Assembly (NCBI RefSeq): GCF_003231495.1
Contig: NZ_PQWO01000003.1
Span: 1 to 32,000, forward strand
DNA: 32,000 nt
DNA from: Acaryochloris thomasi RCC1774
GTDB lineage: Bacteria > Cyanobacteriota > Cyanobacteriia > Thermosynechococcales > Thermosynechococcaceae
Direction of reading: 5' to 3'
The notes under the pieces were generated by a model. The model was not told the DNA's origin, did no database searches, and saw only the letters and a program-made list of their open reading frames with translations. A program made the position numbers and the translations under genes. This document shows, one piece after another, positions 31,829 to 32,000 of this stretch; position 1 is the first letter of the stretch, and every line of letters begins with the position of its first letter.

Positions 31829-32000
31829 GAATCGTGGGCTTTTGCTGGCTTTATTATTAGTCGTAGGGGGTGCTGAGCTTGGAGCTGCTCAACCAAAGAA
31901 AGAGGACTCTAACTCGAAGCCAAGACCAGTTAAGGTCCAGAATCAGAAGTCTTCCAGCAAGTCTCGCTCATTAATTAAGGGCATTATTCACGTTATTTTT
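31821..32000 (+). CDS. secreted protein, 5' part only (runs off the window end)
   Basis: My own translation from ATG 31821 gives MDKNRGLLLALLLVVGGAELGAAQPKKEDSNSKPRPVKVQNQKSSSKSRSLIKGIIHVIF. That is a signal peptide followed by a Lys/Ser-rich linker. It overlaps the stop of the CHAT-CHASE2 gene (31826-31828) by 8 nt and is open to position 32000. Confidence 0.6.
   Translation, partial: MDKNRGLLLALLLVVGGAELGAAQPKKEDSNSKPRPVKVQNQKSSSKSRSLIKGIIHVIF

Noticed and set aside
1-32000. A search by eye for CRISPR arrays, tRNA/rRNA genes and IS elements.
   Set aside because: I noticed no regularly spaced direct repeats of 25-40 nt, no cloverleaf-like or rRNA-like conserved segments, and no transposase-like ORFs. 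Nearly all sequence is accounted for by the protein-coding genes listed.

Overview
This is a densely coding chromosomal window that looks cyanobacterial. I saw about twenty copies of the HIP1 octamer GCGATCGC by eye (e.g. 667-674, 30164-30171). The gene content fits too: DUF1997, a PaO-type Rieske oxygenase, KtrA, AMIN-AmiC, and an M1 aminopeptidase with HEAT repeats. I call 29 protein-coding genes or gene remnants. I recognised no rRNA, tRNA, CRISPR array, transposase or integrase.

Gene order, left to right:
- 1-735: a non-coding leader.
- 736-3111, minus strand: a VWA lipoprotein followed by two tandem SHOCT membrane paralogs.
- 3188-15038, housekeeping genes: amiC, pepN, an orphan ABC ATPase, selO, DUF1997, a PaO-like oxygenase, ktrA, a TPR protein, cysE, a phasin-like protein and an FKBP.
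- 15047-22623, a Ni/Co island. It holds a minus-strand ECF operon (lipoprotein, periplasmic protein, cbiM, cbiQ, cbiO, plus a translationally coupled FGGY kinase). Divergent from it are an RcnA/NicO-like transporter and a ferrochelatase-fold protein with a His-rich tail.
- 22821-23474: a decayed antitoxin/PIN toxin pair.
- 23499-26396: a 965-aa fusion of a PlsY-like membrane domain with a PEP-synthase/rifampicin-phosphotransferase-like module.
- 26662-32000: an uncharacterised operon, described next.

The best candidate for an undescribed system is that four-gene operon, whose genes have overlapping stops and starts. It encodes a divergent sigma-70-like protein, a DUF1822-like protein, a caspase-like CHAT protease fused to a CHASE2 sensor, and a secreted protein.

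Other items worth a second look:
- the PlsY-phosphotransferase fusion
- the His-tailed ferrochelatase paralog
- the non-CbiN accessory proteins of the ECF transporter
- a 36-nt dispersed hairpin repeat
- an 18-bp perfect inverted repeat that disrupts the antitoxin

All functional calls rest on motifs recognised by eye. No database search was run.
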